DNA of 61,731 bases, counting the filler. It is 8 parts of 8 records of this genome, joined end to end, with 100 filler letters (N's around TTAATTAATTAA, not from the genome) between each part and the next. Parts side by side here need not be neighbours in the genome. Positions count along the whole stretch, not along the records: positions 1 to 5,091 come from SRR31147125_31853; positions 5,192 to 15,901 come from SRR31147125_31915; 6 more parts are not named here. One strand, written 5' to 3'. Shown in pieces: positions 1 through 10,108 of the stretch. How positions within the stretch are numbered: position 1 is the first letter of the stretch; every line of letters starts with the position of its first letter. The notes under the pieces were generated by a model. It had not been told where the DNA came from, did not search any database, and saw only the letters and a list, made by a program, of their open reading frames with translations. Both the position numbers and the translations under genes were made by a program.

Positions 1-97
1 ATGATTAAATAAGTTCATGTTCGTTTCATTATATTTTTTTATGGTTTTACAATATTATAGGTCTAAATCAACTAGCTCAATAAACACTGCCCAAAGC

Positions 98-129
98 AAC
101 TTTAAACCTTAAACTTTGAACTTTAAACT
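98..129. repeat. Heptamer tandem repeat (AACYTTR) x4.5
   Basis: aacttta-aacctta-aactttg-aacttta-aact just past the SDR stop codon. Confidence 0.7.
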
Positions 130-134
130 CCAAT

Positions 135-938
135 CTACTTCAACGGCGAATCCGGCTCGTTTTTAAAAACGGCGTACAGAATCTGGTCAACAATCCATGC
201 CCAAAGTTTGGCTAGCAACACGATTAACTTTCCGTCCCAGAAAGAAATAATCATTTTACGTCGACGGTTTTTAATGGCACGGTACATAATTCTGGCACAG
301 CGCTCTGCCGACATCATTTTACTTTCGTTACGCGGTGTTTTTCCTTGCTGGTTTCCGTCGGAAACAAGTGCAGTTTCTCTAATTTCGGAAGCAGTAAAAC
401 CGGGAGCTGCTACAAGTACATGTAGGCCAGAGCGTAAATATTCTATACGAACCGTATCGAGAAAACCACGAATAGCAAACTTCGAGCTGGAGTAACCGGT
501 TCGTCCCGGTAAGCCAATATAACCACCGGTTGAAATTACTCCAACAATAGAACCTTTCTGTTTTAGTATATGAGGGAGAGCATATTTGGTACAATAAACC
601 GTTCCCCAGTAGTTTACATCCATTACACGACGCAAAACACTCGTTTCGACATCTTCTATTGATGCACGCATAGAAATACCCGCATTGTTTATCAAAACAT
701 TTATCTGCCCAAATTTATCAATGGCAGAACTTATTAATAATTTGCAGTCATCTTCTTTCGTTACGTCGGTTTTTACAGGAAGTACTTCAACCTCAGCGAG
801 CTGTTTTTTAAGCTCTTCGAGACGATCAATTCTTCGGGCGGCTAAAACAAGATTATATCCTTCTTTCGCAAATTTTTCGGCTAAAGCTTTGCCAATTCCT
901 GACGAAGCACCGGTAATTACTACTACTTTCTTTTGCAT
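135..938 (-). CDS. Short-chain dehydrogenase/reductase (SDR)
   Basis: TGASSGIG Rossmann motif, NNAG, catalytic YSSSK. Confidence 0.95.
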   Translation of the reverse strand: MQKKVVVITGASSGIGKALAEKFAKEGYNLVLAARRIDRLEELKKQLAEVEVLPVKTDVTKEDDCKLLISSAIDKFGQINVLINNAGISMRASIEDVETSVLRRVMDVNYWGTVYCTKYALPHILKQKGSIVGVISTGGYIGLPGRTGYSSSKFAIRGFLDTVRIEYLRSGLHVLVAAPGFTASEIRETALVSDGNQQGKTPRNESKMMSAERCARIMYRAIKNRRRKMIISFWDGKLIVLLAKLWAWIVDQILYAVFKNEPDSPLK

Positions 939-1046
939 AAACTATGAATCTGAAGACTGTTGTTGTCTGTAAAAATTTTGAGTCCGAAAAATACACATTT
1001 TTCCGTTTTTATTGAGTAACCAAGAAACAATAGTTTTCAAACAAAA

Positions 1047-3554
1047 CTACTTTTCTAAAAATTTCAGTATGTTTTTGCCCAATTTATTCAAGGATTTCTT
1101 TACATCGTCTTTGGTGGCATCGGCAACAGCTTTTGTTGTTTTCGATAAATCCGCACTAACTTTAGGTTTTCCAACGGGCCCGTTAATAACCACCCCGGCA
1201 GGTAACATCGTAATTTTCTCATTCCCCGGAATTACTTCCAGTATTTTCTGAATATCCGGGCCAAATGCATCGCGCTCAACATTAAAATCTAAACGCATAT
1301 CGAGTAAACTTTCTGCATTTAAACTTCCTTCAACACGAGTTTCCTGCCCAATAACTTTGGTTGTAAAAGGCTTCAATAAAAGACTACCATTATCGATATC
1401 TATGTTGGCAATAAAATCATCAACGTAAACATTTTGCAATTTTTCTTTTTTCAGAATTCCGCTTAATTGATTAAAAACAGGAGAATCGACAATTTGTAAA
1501 TTTTTTGTACTAAAAAAGCCGTCGCCGTTTGCCGACGAAGCAATCAATTTAAGCTGCGGGCTTAACTGTCCTTTTATTCCGAGTTTCGAACTCAATGTAC
1601 CATCACTTTTTCCGGCCATTGGTACCAAATTCTGCATACCCGAAACCGTGTTGTACATTAACGGAATATTGAATTCACTGATATCAATTCCAAAATCGAA
1701 AAGTGGCCTGTTTTGCGTGGTATTTTTATACGAACCGTTCATATTCAACTCTCCGTCGAGCATGTTCATCTTTAAATTTTTCAGAACTACCTGTTGGTTA
1801 ACAGCTCTTATTTCTCCATTAATTTCATCTATTGGAATACGGTTAAAAATTGCACTTTCAATATCAGAACGGAAAGTAAAATCAATATTTTCGGGCACAT
1901 CAAAAGCCAGTATTTCCTCTTCCGGCTCAGCACCTTTTTCTTTTGCATCTCCTTTTTCTTCAGGAACTTCTTCAACATCGGCCTGCAAACGCAGCAATTC
2001 ATTAAAATTTACCTGATTCGATTTCAACTGGAAATTTCCTTTCAGTGTGCCATCTTTCAAAAAGTAATTCAGGTAGTTGGTAACTACACCCGACAACCTG
2101 AAATCGCTTTGTCCAATTGTCATAAAAAACTGGCTCAGATTAATATTTTTAGGCGAGAAATCGAGTTTCCCCTGTGGCACAACTATTTTTTGAGTGAGTT
2201 CCTGCGAATCGAACATAAAATTGTCGAGAACAACCACACCATCCGATTTAATCTTATCGTATGCTTCGTTTTCAATATCGGAATAGTTGCCAATTGCAAC
2301 AAGGTTGGCATCAATTAAACCCGACATATTTACACTATCCAGCGGCAAAGCATCTTTTAAATGCGAAAGGTTTACCTTCCCGATTATTGAACCGTTAAAA
2401 TGTGCATCGCTAACCGGTGTACTAACATTCAGTTTTAAATCAACCGGATTTTCCTTAATCTCGGCATGAGCTTTACTTATATTAATTGTAGTCAAATCCA
2501 ATTCGCCCTGTGGTTTTTCAATCAACACATTGGCACTAATATTCTTAATATCTTCGGGCATGTCGGCATATTGCAGGTTACCATTATCCACATTCATTTT
2601 TAAATTGAAAGCCGGATAATTCTCTCCCGCATAAATTCCATCAACTTTTCCGCTAATCGTTGCAGAACCCCTTGTTGTAATATCTTTTAAATATTCTTCG
2701 TAAACTGGCGGAACCAAGGCAAGAAAATTCTCAAAGTCTGATTCTTTGGTTTCAATTGCCAAATCTATCAACATGGTATCCGATGGCATTTCAACACTTC
2801 CGGTAAGCTGCAGGGGTAAACGATTTATCAGTAATTCGTTTTCGGCAATGGTAAATTTCATTTTGTCCAGGTCAACATCTAAAGCAGTGGTAATGTCGAG
2901 CACTGTATTCGAAATGTATCCAACCTTATCGTATTCCAGCGAAAAATCGTTAACCACGCCCTTTGTTTTCAACTGGGTTGTGTTTCCATACATTTCGCCC
3001 GAAATATCAAAATTAAAGTCATTCAAACTAAGCTTTGTTAGTACCGATTTATCATCGTAAACCAAGCTTGCATTTCGTATCTCAATCTTATCAAGTTGCA
3101 GCTGAAATGGATTCTCCTCTTCTTCGGTATCGCTCATTTCTGTATTTTCAGGAGCCGATTCCGGAGCCACATCCCAATTGGCTTTGCCGTTTTCTTTAAC
3201 CAGCAAATTAATGGTTGGAGATGCCATAATTATTTTCTCCACTTGCATTGCATCCGGGTTAAAAAGCGAAACCAGATTCATGGTAGTTTTTACCTTATTG
3301 ACGCTTAAAAGTGTATCGCCGGAAAATTCGTCAACTCCGCAAATTACAAGGTCTTGAAATTCGGCACTAACCTTTGGAAACTGTTTGATTAACGACAATT
3401 TTAAATCGTTTAGTTCAACCTTTGCATTAACTTGTTTATTTAGGCTTTTCTGGGCAACATCCAATATATTTTGTTTGAAAAACACAGGTATTGCCAGTAG
3501 CATTCCTACCAGTACAATAAATATTATCAGGACGATTAATACGACTTTTTTCAT
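1047..3554 (-). CDS. AsmA family protein
   Basis: N-terminal membrane anchor followed by 835 aa beta-rich body with GKANWD motif typical of Bacteroidetes AsmA proteins. Confidence 0.85.
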   Translation of the reverse strand: MKKVVLIVLIIFIVLVGMLLAIPVFFKQNILDVAQKSLNKQVNAKVELNDLKLSLIKQFPKVSAEFQDLVICGVDEFSGDTLLSVNKVKTTMNLVSLFNPDAMQVEKIIMASPTINLLVKENGKANWDVAPESAPENTEMSDTEEEENPFQLQLDKIEIRNASLVYDDKSVLTKLSLNDFNFDISGEMYGNTTQLKTKGVVNDFSLEYDKVGYISNTVLDITTALDVDLDKMKFTIAENELLINRLPLQLTGSVEMPSDTMLIDLAIETKESDFENFLALVPPVYEEYLKDITTRGSATISGKVDGIYAGENYPAFNLKMNVDNGNLQYADMPEDIKNISANVLIEKPQGELDLTTINISKAHAEIKENPVDLKLNVSTPVSDAHFNGSIIGKVNLSHLKDALPLDSVNMSGLIDANLVAIGNYSDIENEAYDKIKSDGVVVLDNFMFDSQELTQKIVVPQGKLDFSPKNINLSQFFMTIGQSDFRLSGVVTNYLNYFLKDGTLKGNFQLKSNQVNFNELLRLQADVEEVPEEKGDAKEKGAEPEEEILAFDVPENIDFTFRSDIESAIFNRIPIDEINGEIRAVNQQVVLKNLKMNMLDGELNMNGSYKNTTQNRPLFDFGIDISEFNIPLMYNTVSGMQNLVPMAGKSDGTLSSKLGIKGQLSPQLKLIASSANGDGFFSTKNLQIVDSPVFNQLSGILKKEKLQNVYVDDFIANIDIDNGSLLLKPFTTKVIGQETRVEGSLNAESLLDMRLDFNVERDAFGPDIQKILEVIPGNEKITMLPAGVVINGPVGKPKVSADLSKTTKAVADATKDDVKKSLNKLGKNILKFLEK

Positions 3555-3704
3555 GACTTTTTCTTTGGAATCAAAAATACGTAAATGAATTGCAAAATTT
3601 GGTGAGAAAATGTTAAAAAAGATGGAAGACTCTCTCCGCTTCCGGTTCGGGTTTTGTTGAAACTATCGACTTCACTATGTCTTATTAATTACTTGGTTCT
3701 AACT

Positions 3705-3771
3705 CCCTAAATCCCTAAGGGGGGACTTTGGGCAGCCAGTATCACAAAGAAAGGGGAGGTTAGGTGGGGTC
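3705..3771. repeat. Imperfect GC palindrome plus an orphan half-palindrome (REP-like remnant)
   Basis: ccctaaatccc...gggactttggg hairpin at 3705-3732; ggggaggttaggtgggg half-site at 3753-3769. Confidence 0.4.
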
Positions 3772-3843
3772 AGATATTCCCAGAACATTACTAATGGTAC
3801 CACATTTGAGAACCGAAAGCTTCGTAGAAGCACGAAGTATTCC

Positions 3844-5091
3844 TTACAATTCCCCAATCACCATTCTCCGCAGCAACTGCAATGCTGTTTGTGCCGAACG
3901 GACAATATTTCGTTCGCGGTTTTTACCCACAAAAATGTATTTCTTCGCAAACGTTTTTTCTGGGCCCGAAACTGCAATCCACACCGTTCCCACAGGTTTT
4001 TCTTCTGTTCCGCCACCCGGACCGGCAATACCGGTTGTAGCAATCGAATAATCAGTATTCATTACACGTTTTACACCTTCGGCCATTTGGCGGGCTACTT
4101 GCTCGCTAACTGCTCCAAATTGCTCAAGGTTTTCTTTGCTAACGCCCAGTACATTTTCCTTTATTTCGTTAGAATACGATGTTACCGAGCCTTGATAATA
4201 TTCTGAGCTACCCGAAACCGATGTAATTAAATGCGAAATATAACCGCCTGTACAACTTTCGGCAACGGCCAGTGTTTTGGCTTTTTCAACCAAAATCCGG
4301 CCAATTACTTCTGATAAAGTTTCGTTATCGTACCCATAAATTGCTGCCGGAATTATTGGTTTCAACTTTTCAATTTGGGCTTCCACATCATCGCGAAGAA
4401 TTCCTTCGCTCTCTCCCATTGCCGACAAACGCAAACGTACCGACATTGGATTGGGCAGGTAGGCCAGTTTTATATGTTCGGGCAGTTGGTCTTCCCATTT
4501 TTCTATGCGTTCGGCCAGCATCGATTCCGGAATTCCCTGCGTTAAAACTGTTTTATGGTAAATGGCTTTTGTGCGGCGGGATGCTCTTAATTTTGGCAAC
4601 AATTCATGCTCAATAAGGTATTTCATTTCGAAAGGCACACCCGGCATAGACACAAAAATAGTATTGTTTTTCTCGAACCACATTCCCGGTGCAGTTCCCG
4701 TTTTATTGGGTAAAACAGTGCAACATTCGGGCAACATCGCCTGGTCGCGATTCAGTTGATTCATATCAACACCGCGGCTTCTAAACATTTCGGAAATATG
4801 CGTTAACGTTGGCTCGTGAAAAACCAAACCAGTGTTAAAATACTCGCAAAGGGTATGTTTTGTAATATCGTCTTTTGTTGGGCCGAGTCCGCCGGTTATT
4901 ACTACCAAATCCACATTTTTTTCAGCATTATTAATGGCTGCAGTAATGTGTTCGTGGTCGTCGTGCACCGATGTTATCTGGTAAATTTCAATGCCATTCA
5001 GGTTAAACTGTTCGCCCATCCAGGCCGAGTTGGTATCTACAATCTGGCCGATTAATATTTCGTCGCCAATGGTAATTATTTCTGCTTTCAT
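3844..5091 (-). CDS. cinA: Competence/damage-inducible protein CinA (MoCF-like + PncC NMN deamidase)
   Basis: IGDEILIGQIVDTN, TGGLGPT.DD, MPGVPFEM, AESCTGG, TGIAGPGGG motifs. Confidence 0.95.
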   Translation of the reverse strand: MKAEIITIGDEILIGQIVDTNSAWMGEQFNLNGIEIYQITSVHDDHEHITAAINNAEKNVDLVVITGGLGPTKDDITKHTLCEYFNTGLVFHEPTLTHISEMFRSRGVDMNQLNRDQAMLPECCTVLPNKTGTAPGMWFEKNNTIFVSMPGVPFEMKYLIEHELLPKLRASRRTKAIYHKTVLTQGIPESMLAERIEKWEDQLPEHIKLAYLPNPMSVRLRLSAMGESEGILRDDVEAQIEKLKPIIPAAIYGYDNETLSEVIGRILVEKAKTLAVAESCTGGYISHLITSVSGSSEYYQGSVTSYSNEIKENVLGVSKENLEQFGAVSEQVARQMAEGVKRVMNTDYSIATTGIAGPGGGTEEKPVGTVWIAVSGPEKTFAKKYIFVGKNRERNIVRSAQTALQLLRRMVIGEL

Positions 5092-5191
5092 NNNNNNNNN
5101 NNNNNNNNNNNNNNNNNNNNNNNNNNNNNNNNNNNTTAATTAATTAANNNNNNNNNNNNNNNNNNNNNNNNNNNNNNNNNNNNNNNNNNNN
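5092..5191. other. Artificial contig linker
   Basis: N-run + TTAATTAATTAA (stops in six frames) + N-run. Confidence 0.98.
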
Positions 5192-5800
5192 TTTTAGTTT
5201 AACAAGTTTGTATCCAAAGCGTTCTTTTGCGATTCTAGAACCACGTATAATTTTTTCAGGCACCGCTTTTGGCCACATAATTTTCTTTTCTATCCAATCA
5301 ACATCTTTAACAAATCCAAGTGTTTCTAAATGTTTGTGATAATAAGGGAAATTATAGATTGTAATAAACATATTAAGTTGATCAAAACCATCAACAAGCA
5401 TCCCCTGGCGGTCTAGGTCAGTAAAACCAATAGGACCAATAAGTTCATTCATGCCTTTTTCTTTCGCCCAAGCTTCAACAGCAGCAATTAATGCTTTTGT
5501 GACTTCTATATCATCAATCATATCAATGCGCGTAAAACGACCAGTTTTGCGCTTATAAGCATCATTCCAAGCATGGTTGATAATACCTGCAATACGTCCA
5601 ACGACTTTGTTGTCTTTGTAAGCTAAAAATCTAATAGATTCACAATATGCATGTGCAGGATTTTTCTTTTGGTGAAAAACTGTGCGTTCATCTATTGATA
5701 AAGCAGGGACAAATGCTTCAACATGTTTATACATGTGATTAGGGAATTCTGTAAAACGCCATCCATCACGCCAACTTTTTACTTCTTTAATTGTTATCAT
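5192..5800 (-). CDS. GNAT-like acetyltransferase (3' truncated by contig end)
   Basis: Start MITIKEV at 5800 after GGAGG RBS; VVGRIAGIIN, GPIGFTDLDRQGMLVDGF, YNFPYY motifs. Confidence 0.8.
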
Positions 5801-5974
5801 TGTATTTCCTCCGATATCATATATTGTATAATAAATACCATTAAACTTCAATTGATTCTTAAAATATGATGTTTTTTGGTCAAAGTGTTGACTTATGGCT
5901 TTGTTATAGATAAAATAATATATATGTATATATATAGTATATAAATATAAATATAGTATAAATAGGGGACATTT

Positions 5975-6697
5975 ATGCAAAACTACCGTAGTGAGTACAT
6001 TGAGAGTCATGAAATTGATTTATTGGAATTGCTGAGCGAGTTAAAACGTAGAATATGGATTATTCTTAGTTTTTTCATCGCTTTTTTATTTATGGGATAT
6101 GTTTATACAACATATTTTACGGATGCAAAATATACATCGAGTGCATCTGTGATGGTTATAGTTGAAGAAGCTGATGAAGCAGGTGAATATGATTATTTAA
6201 ATGCAGCAAGACTACTTGATTCAGTTGCACAACTGATGACCATGGATGTCATTATGGAAAAAGTTAGTGATTCTTTAGCATTAGATATTCCAAATGAATC
6301 TTTAGGATCATTTGCAAATGGTATATCTGTAGAAGCATCTGAAACAGCATTTTTCATCGAAGTTTCTTATACATCAACTGATAAAGTACTTGCTAAGGAT
6401 ATTGTTAATGAAGTGATTGATCAAACAATATATGTGACATCAGAAACTCAAGAAATTCCGTTTTTAGTCGATCATATCAAGCGTGTATCATATGCGTATG
6501 ATGGATTATATAGCTCTCCAAACAAAGTCATGTATATGGCAATATTTGGTCTAATTGGCATCATGTTAGGTTCAGGGTTGGTCTTATTACTGTATATGTT
6601 GAAAAATACCGTAAAATCAAAAAATGAAATCGTTGAACTTATTCATTTACAAGTATTAGGAGAAATACCAGAATATGAAGTTAGAGGTATTGAGTAA
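5975..6697 (+). CDS. Polysaccharide co-polymerase / BY-kinase modulator (CpsC/TkmA/Wzz family)
   Basis: EIDLLELL N-terminus, two TM helices, SPNK, C-terminal VLGEIP; coupled to the kinase gene. Confidence 0.9.
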   Translation: MQNYRSEYIESHEIDLLELLSELKRRIWIILSFFIAFLFMGYVYTTYFTDAKYTSSASVMVIVEEADEAGEYDYLNAARLLDSVAQLMTMDVIMEKVSDSLALDIPNESLGSFANGISVEASETAFFIEVSYTSTDKVLAKDIVNEVIDQTIYVTSETQEIPFLVDHIKRVSYAYDGLYSSPNKVMYMAIFGLIGIMLGSGLVLLLYMLKNTVKSKNEIVELIHLQVLGEIPEYEVRGIE

Positions 6698-7422
6698 TGC
6701 AGTTATTTAAAAAACGACATCAATCTCATCGACTAGAAGACTATAGATATTTAGTGAGTAAAGAAAAACCTCTGTCATATATTACAGAATCTTTTCAAAA
6801 GGTTGCACTTAATATAGAAACAGCAAATATTGATCATCAATCCAAAATAATTCAAGTGACATCAACACAACCAGATGAAGGCAAATCAACATTAATTACA
6901 AATGTTGGATACTTGCTTGCACAACAGCAAAAGAAAACGTTACTGATAGACTTAGATCTAAGAAGACCAAAACTCCATAAAATATTTCATACACCTAATA
7001 AATTTGGACTAATTGACTATATCATTGGTAAATGTGATTTGGAACAAATTATTAATCATTGCGAAGATTCAGATGTTCATTATATCGTTGCTGGTACAAG
7101 AACTCAACTTATCACACATGTCTTATCATCTCAGAAATTAAAAGATTTACTTGATGAACTTAATCAATCTTTTGACTACATTTTACTTGATTCGCCTCCG
7201 GTGTTATCTGTATCTGATGCACTTTATATTTCAAAACTTAGCGATGCAGTGATCTATGTGATCGCAGAAGATCGTGCGAAAAAATCTGCGATTAAAGAAG
7301 GTGTCGAGCTATTAATGCAGCAAAATGCTAAAATTTTAGGCGCGGTACTCACTCAAAAAACGAGTCATTTCCATACTTATAAATATAAATATGATAAAAC
7401 CTACTATTTAAAAAATGACTGA
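6697..7422 (+). CDS. Bacterial tyrosine kinase (CpsD/CapB/PtkA family)
   Basis: Walker A PDEGKST, IDLDLRRP, LLDSPP, C-terminal Tyr cluster YKYKYDKTYY. Confidence 0.92.
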   Translation: MQLFKKRHQSHRLEDYRYLVSKEKPLSYITESFQKVALNIETANIDHQSKIIQVTSTQPDEGKSTLITNVGYLLAQQQKKTLLIDLDLRRPKLHKIFHTPNKFGLIDYIIGKCDLEQIINHCEDSDVHYIVAGTRTQLITHVLSSQKLKDLLDELNQSFDYILLDSPPVLSVSDALYISKLSDAVIYVIAEDRAKKSAIKEGVELLMQQNAKILGAVLTQKTSHFHTYKYKYDKTYYLKND

Positions 7423-7437
7423 AGATAGGAAAAAACA

Positions 7438-8430
7438 ATGAAACTACTCATTTTTGGATATCAAGATCAACAAATCAATACTTTTATGCACACTATCCGC
7501 CATCAGGTAAGTTTTATTGATATAACTTCTGATATTGAAGAAGTAAGGATGAAAACAATTGATACATTTTATGATTTAATTATATTTGATTCAAAAATGA
7601 TTCATCAATTAGCTGATAAAGAGATGATTTCGTTAAAAGTACAAATAAAAAATCATATGAAGCTATATATTTATATTAGAAACAGTGATTTAGTTCATAT
7701 GAAACGCTATATTAGATGCTATCATGATGGTATGATTTTCGAGCATTATACAAAAAAACGGATGGAAGACATCTTTTTAAGCATTTCAAATCATGCACCC
7801 AATTTACAAAAACGGATGTTATCCAAGTTATTTGTTGAAATTATTACATTAAGAGATATCGAAACTTCTGCACACATTGAAAAAGTAGCACACTATTCGA
7901 CATTGATAAGTATGGGACTTCGAGAGTTAGGATTATATGATTTTTTATCAGATAGATTTATCGATGACCTATATTTTGCAGCCCACTTTCATGATATTGG
8001 AAAAATTGGGATACCTGATGAGATTTTATTTAAGCCGGGTAAGTTCACCAGTGAAGAATTTGAACAAATGAAAAAACATAGTTTATATGGCGATCAAATT
8101 TTTAAAAAACTCGTCGATCATCATCAAAAAAATAGATATATTATCATGGCTAAAATCATTGCATTACATCATCATGAAAAATGGGATGGCAGTGGATACC
8201 CTTCAAAATTAAAAGGAAAAGAAATACCTTTGATTGCAAGAATTGTTGCTCTTGCTGATGTTTATGATGCACTTTGCAGTGTTAGAAGTTATAAGGAAGC
8301 TTTTTCACATGAAAAAGCAAAAGCAATCATCGTCAATGATAAGGGAAAACACTTTGATCCTGATGTAGTTGATGCATTCTTGCTGATGGAACAATATTTC
8401 ATAAAATATAATCAAAGCCACACATCATGA
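7438..8430 (+). CDS. HD-GYP domain phosphodiesterase with degenerate N-terminal domain
   Basis: HDIGKIGIPD, HHEKWDGSGYP, ADVYDAL, GKHFDP. Confidence 0.9.
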   Translation: MKLLIFGYQDQQINTFMHTIRHQVSFIDITSDIEEVRMKTIDTFYDLIIFDSKMIHQLADKEMISLKVQIKNHMKLYIYIRNSDLVHMKRYIRCYHDGMIFEHYTKKRMEDIFLSISNHAPNLQKRMLSKLFVEIITLRDIETSAHIEKVAHYSTLISMGLRELGLYDFLSDRFIDDLYFAAHFHDIGKIGIPDEILFKPGKFTSEEFEQMKKHSLYGDQIFKKLVDHHQKNRYIIMAKIIALHHHEKWDGSGYPSKLKGKEIPLIARIVALADVYDALCSVRSYKEAFSHEKAKAIIVNDKGKHFDPDVVDAFLLMEQYFIKYNQSHTS

Positions 8431-8515
8431 AAATTAAAATTATATATATAGATACATATATTATTTATTATCTCGTGAATACATGAAAAAATGCCACTTT
8501 TGAGTATATATATTA

Positions 8516-8542
8516 TAGTAGTGCTATTAGTAGTGCTATAAT
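8516..8542 (+). promoter_or_regulatory. 12-bp tandem direct repeat overlapping an extended -10 element
   Basis: TAGTAGTGCTAT x2 (8516-8527, 8528-8539); TGCTATAAT at 8534-8542. Confidence 0.5.
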
Positions 8543-8565
8543 TTATGTAAAGGGGAGTGGTTTTT

Positions 8566-9291
8566 ATGTTTTTAATAACACTTGATAGAAGTCAAAAAAT
8601 ACCATTATACATACAAATTTATCATCAGATTAAATCTCATATATTAGATGGACAACTAAAGCACCAAGAAAAGCTCACATCAGAAAAACAATTCGCTGAA
8701 TTTTATGATGTGAGCAATTTTATTGTTAAACGTGCTTATAAATTACTAGAAGATGAAGGTTATGTCCGTAAAATTAAAGGTAAAGGTGTCTTTGTTCATT
8801 ATAGACAGACCATAGAAATTGATCTATCCAATAAATCTTGTATACCGATGCCAATAAATCATGCATATACGTATCGCATGATTTATCATGCAAATATAAA
8901 AGACACATCTTACTTGAGTAAAACTTGGGAAAATAAACCGGATAATCATGTAGAACTTTATCGATTGCTTGTGACAAACCAAAAGTCACCCATCGCGTTT
9001 ATTGAATGTTTTATTGATCAATCGATGCACTTGAAATTAGAACGTTTATTTAATTCAAATAAAAGTTTTTTGAATTTCTTTAATGAAGATATGTCTTTAG
9101 ATGCATCGCAAGAATCCATCATCAATACAGCGATTGCAGATGAGATGCTCATTGAAGCATTAGAGATTGAGCCTGGGTCATTAACAACTATTGTCAACAC
9201 TTATTTTAAATCAAAAAAGTTTGGTGATTTTTGCTATATGAAAACATACTATGTTGCAGCATATACAGAATTGAAGGTGAGTGACATATGA
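8566..9291 (+). CDS. GntR family regulator (HutC/UTRA-like)
   Basis: PLYIQI...KLTSEKQFAEFYDVS..VKRAY..L..EG...GKGVFV winged HTH. Confidence 0.9.
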   Translation: MFLITLDRSQKIPLYIQIYHQIKSHILDGQLKHQEKLTSEKQFAEFYDVSNFIVKRAYKLLEDEGYVRKIKGKGVFVHYRQTIEIDLSNKSCIPMPINHAYTYRMIYHANIKDTSYLSKTWENKPDNHVELYRLLVTNQKSPIAFIECFIDQSMHLKLERLFNSNKSFLNFFNEDMSLDASQESIINTAIADEMLIEALEIEPGSLTTIVNTYFKSKKFGDFCYMKTYYVAAYTELKVSDI

Positions 9292-10025
9292 AGCATATAT
9301 ATCAATCTATTCAAATCGATAGACGTTCTAACTTAGCTTATGATATACAAATTGCTAATCAAATTCGTAATAAGATTATGTTACATAAATTTGATAAAAG
9401 TTTATTAAATCCTAAAAATCTTATGGCTTTATTAGATATTGATGAAAAAACGATCATTAAAGGATTAGACCGATTAGTTCAAAGTGAAGTCCTCGCATAT
9501 GATCAAAACTCAGAACGTTATTTTGTTAATTACAAAGAGTATACTGTCATCAAAGGTAATAAAGCTATTTCATATCTTGATTTAATGAGAAATCTAAAGC
9601 AAAAACCGAAGATAAAAACAATAAATTGTGAAGAAGTTCTATGTGATCAAAAGCTATCAAATCAGACACTATTAGAGACGGGTACCAAACTATATATACA
9701 GTCAAGATTATATTATGGTGATGATTATCCTAGATACTATACAAAAACTTACTTTACTAAAAAGTTTATCGAACAAAACAATATCTCAATTGATGATTTA
9801 GCGCATCAATCCTATGTTCAACTATTAAACGAGCATCATCTGGCGTATCAGACAAAACGAATGATAAAAAGCATATATTTACCAGATGATGTTAATAAAT
9901 TGCTTAATCAACCGATGAAAACAGCAGGACTATCCTCTAGAGAAACATATTATGATCAAGATGGAAATATCATCATATTTTCATTTGTTTATATGAATAT
10001 GAATTATGCTTTAAAAGTCATTTAA
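9288..10025 (+). CDS. GntR/UTRA-like regulator with degenerate HTH
   Basis: Similar N-terminus (IDRRSNLAYDIQI), UTRA-like C-terminus; ATGA overlap with the upstream gene. Confidence 0.65.
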   Translation: MKHIYQSIQIDRRSNLAYDIQIANQIRNKIMLHKFDKSLLNPKNLMALLDIDEKTIIKGLDRLVQSEVLAYDQNSERYFVNYKEYTVIKGNKAISYLDLMRNLKQKPKIKTINCEEVLCDQKLSNQTLLETGTKLYIQSRLYYGDDYPRYYTKTYFTKKFIEQNNISIDDLAHQSYVQLLNEHHLAYQTKRMIKSIYLPDDVNKLLNQPMKTAGLSSRETYYDQDGNIIIFSFVYMNMNYALKVI

Positions 10026-10050
10026 GTTTTTAATTAAATGACTTTATTTA
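10014..10050 (+). terminator. Intrinsic terminator-like hairpin
   Basis: aaagtcatttaa / ttaaatgacttt inverted repeat followed by a T-rich tract. Confidence 0.55.
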
Positions 10051-10108
10051 TTTTATAAATATGGTATAATAGCAAAGGTTATATAAAACGAAGTTAGGAG
10101 TATTTATA

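Noticed and set aside
5136-5147. TTAATTAATTAA recurring seven times as a possible biological repeat
   Set aside because: Always centred in N-runs; it is a six-frame-stop assembly linker.
5801-6010. Long N-terminal extension of the GNAT ORF in the track
   Set aside because: AT-rich divergent promoter region; the real start is 5800 with a GGAGG RBS.
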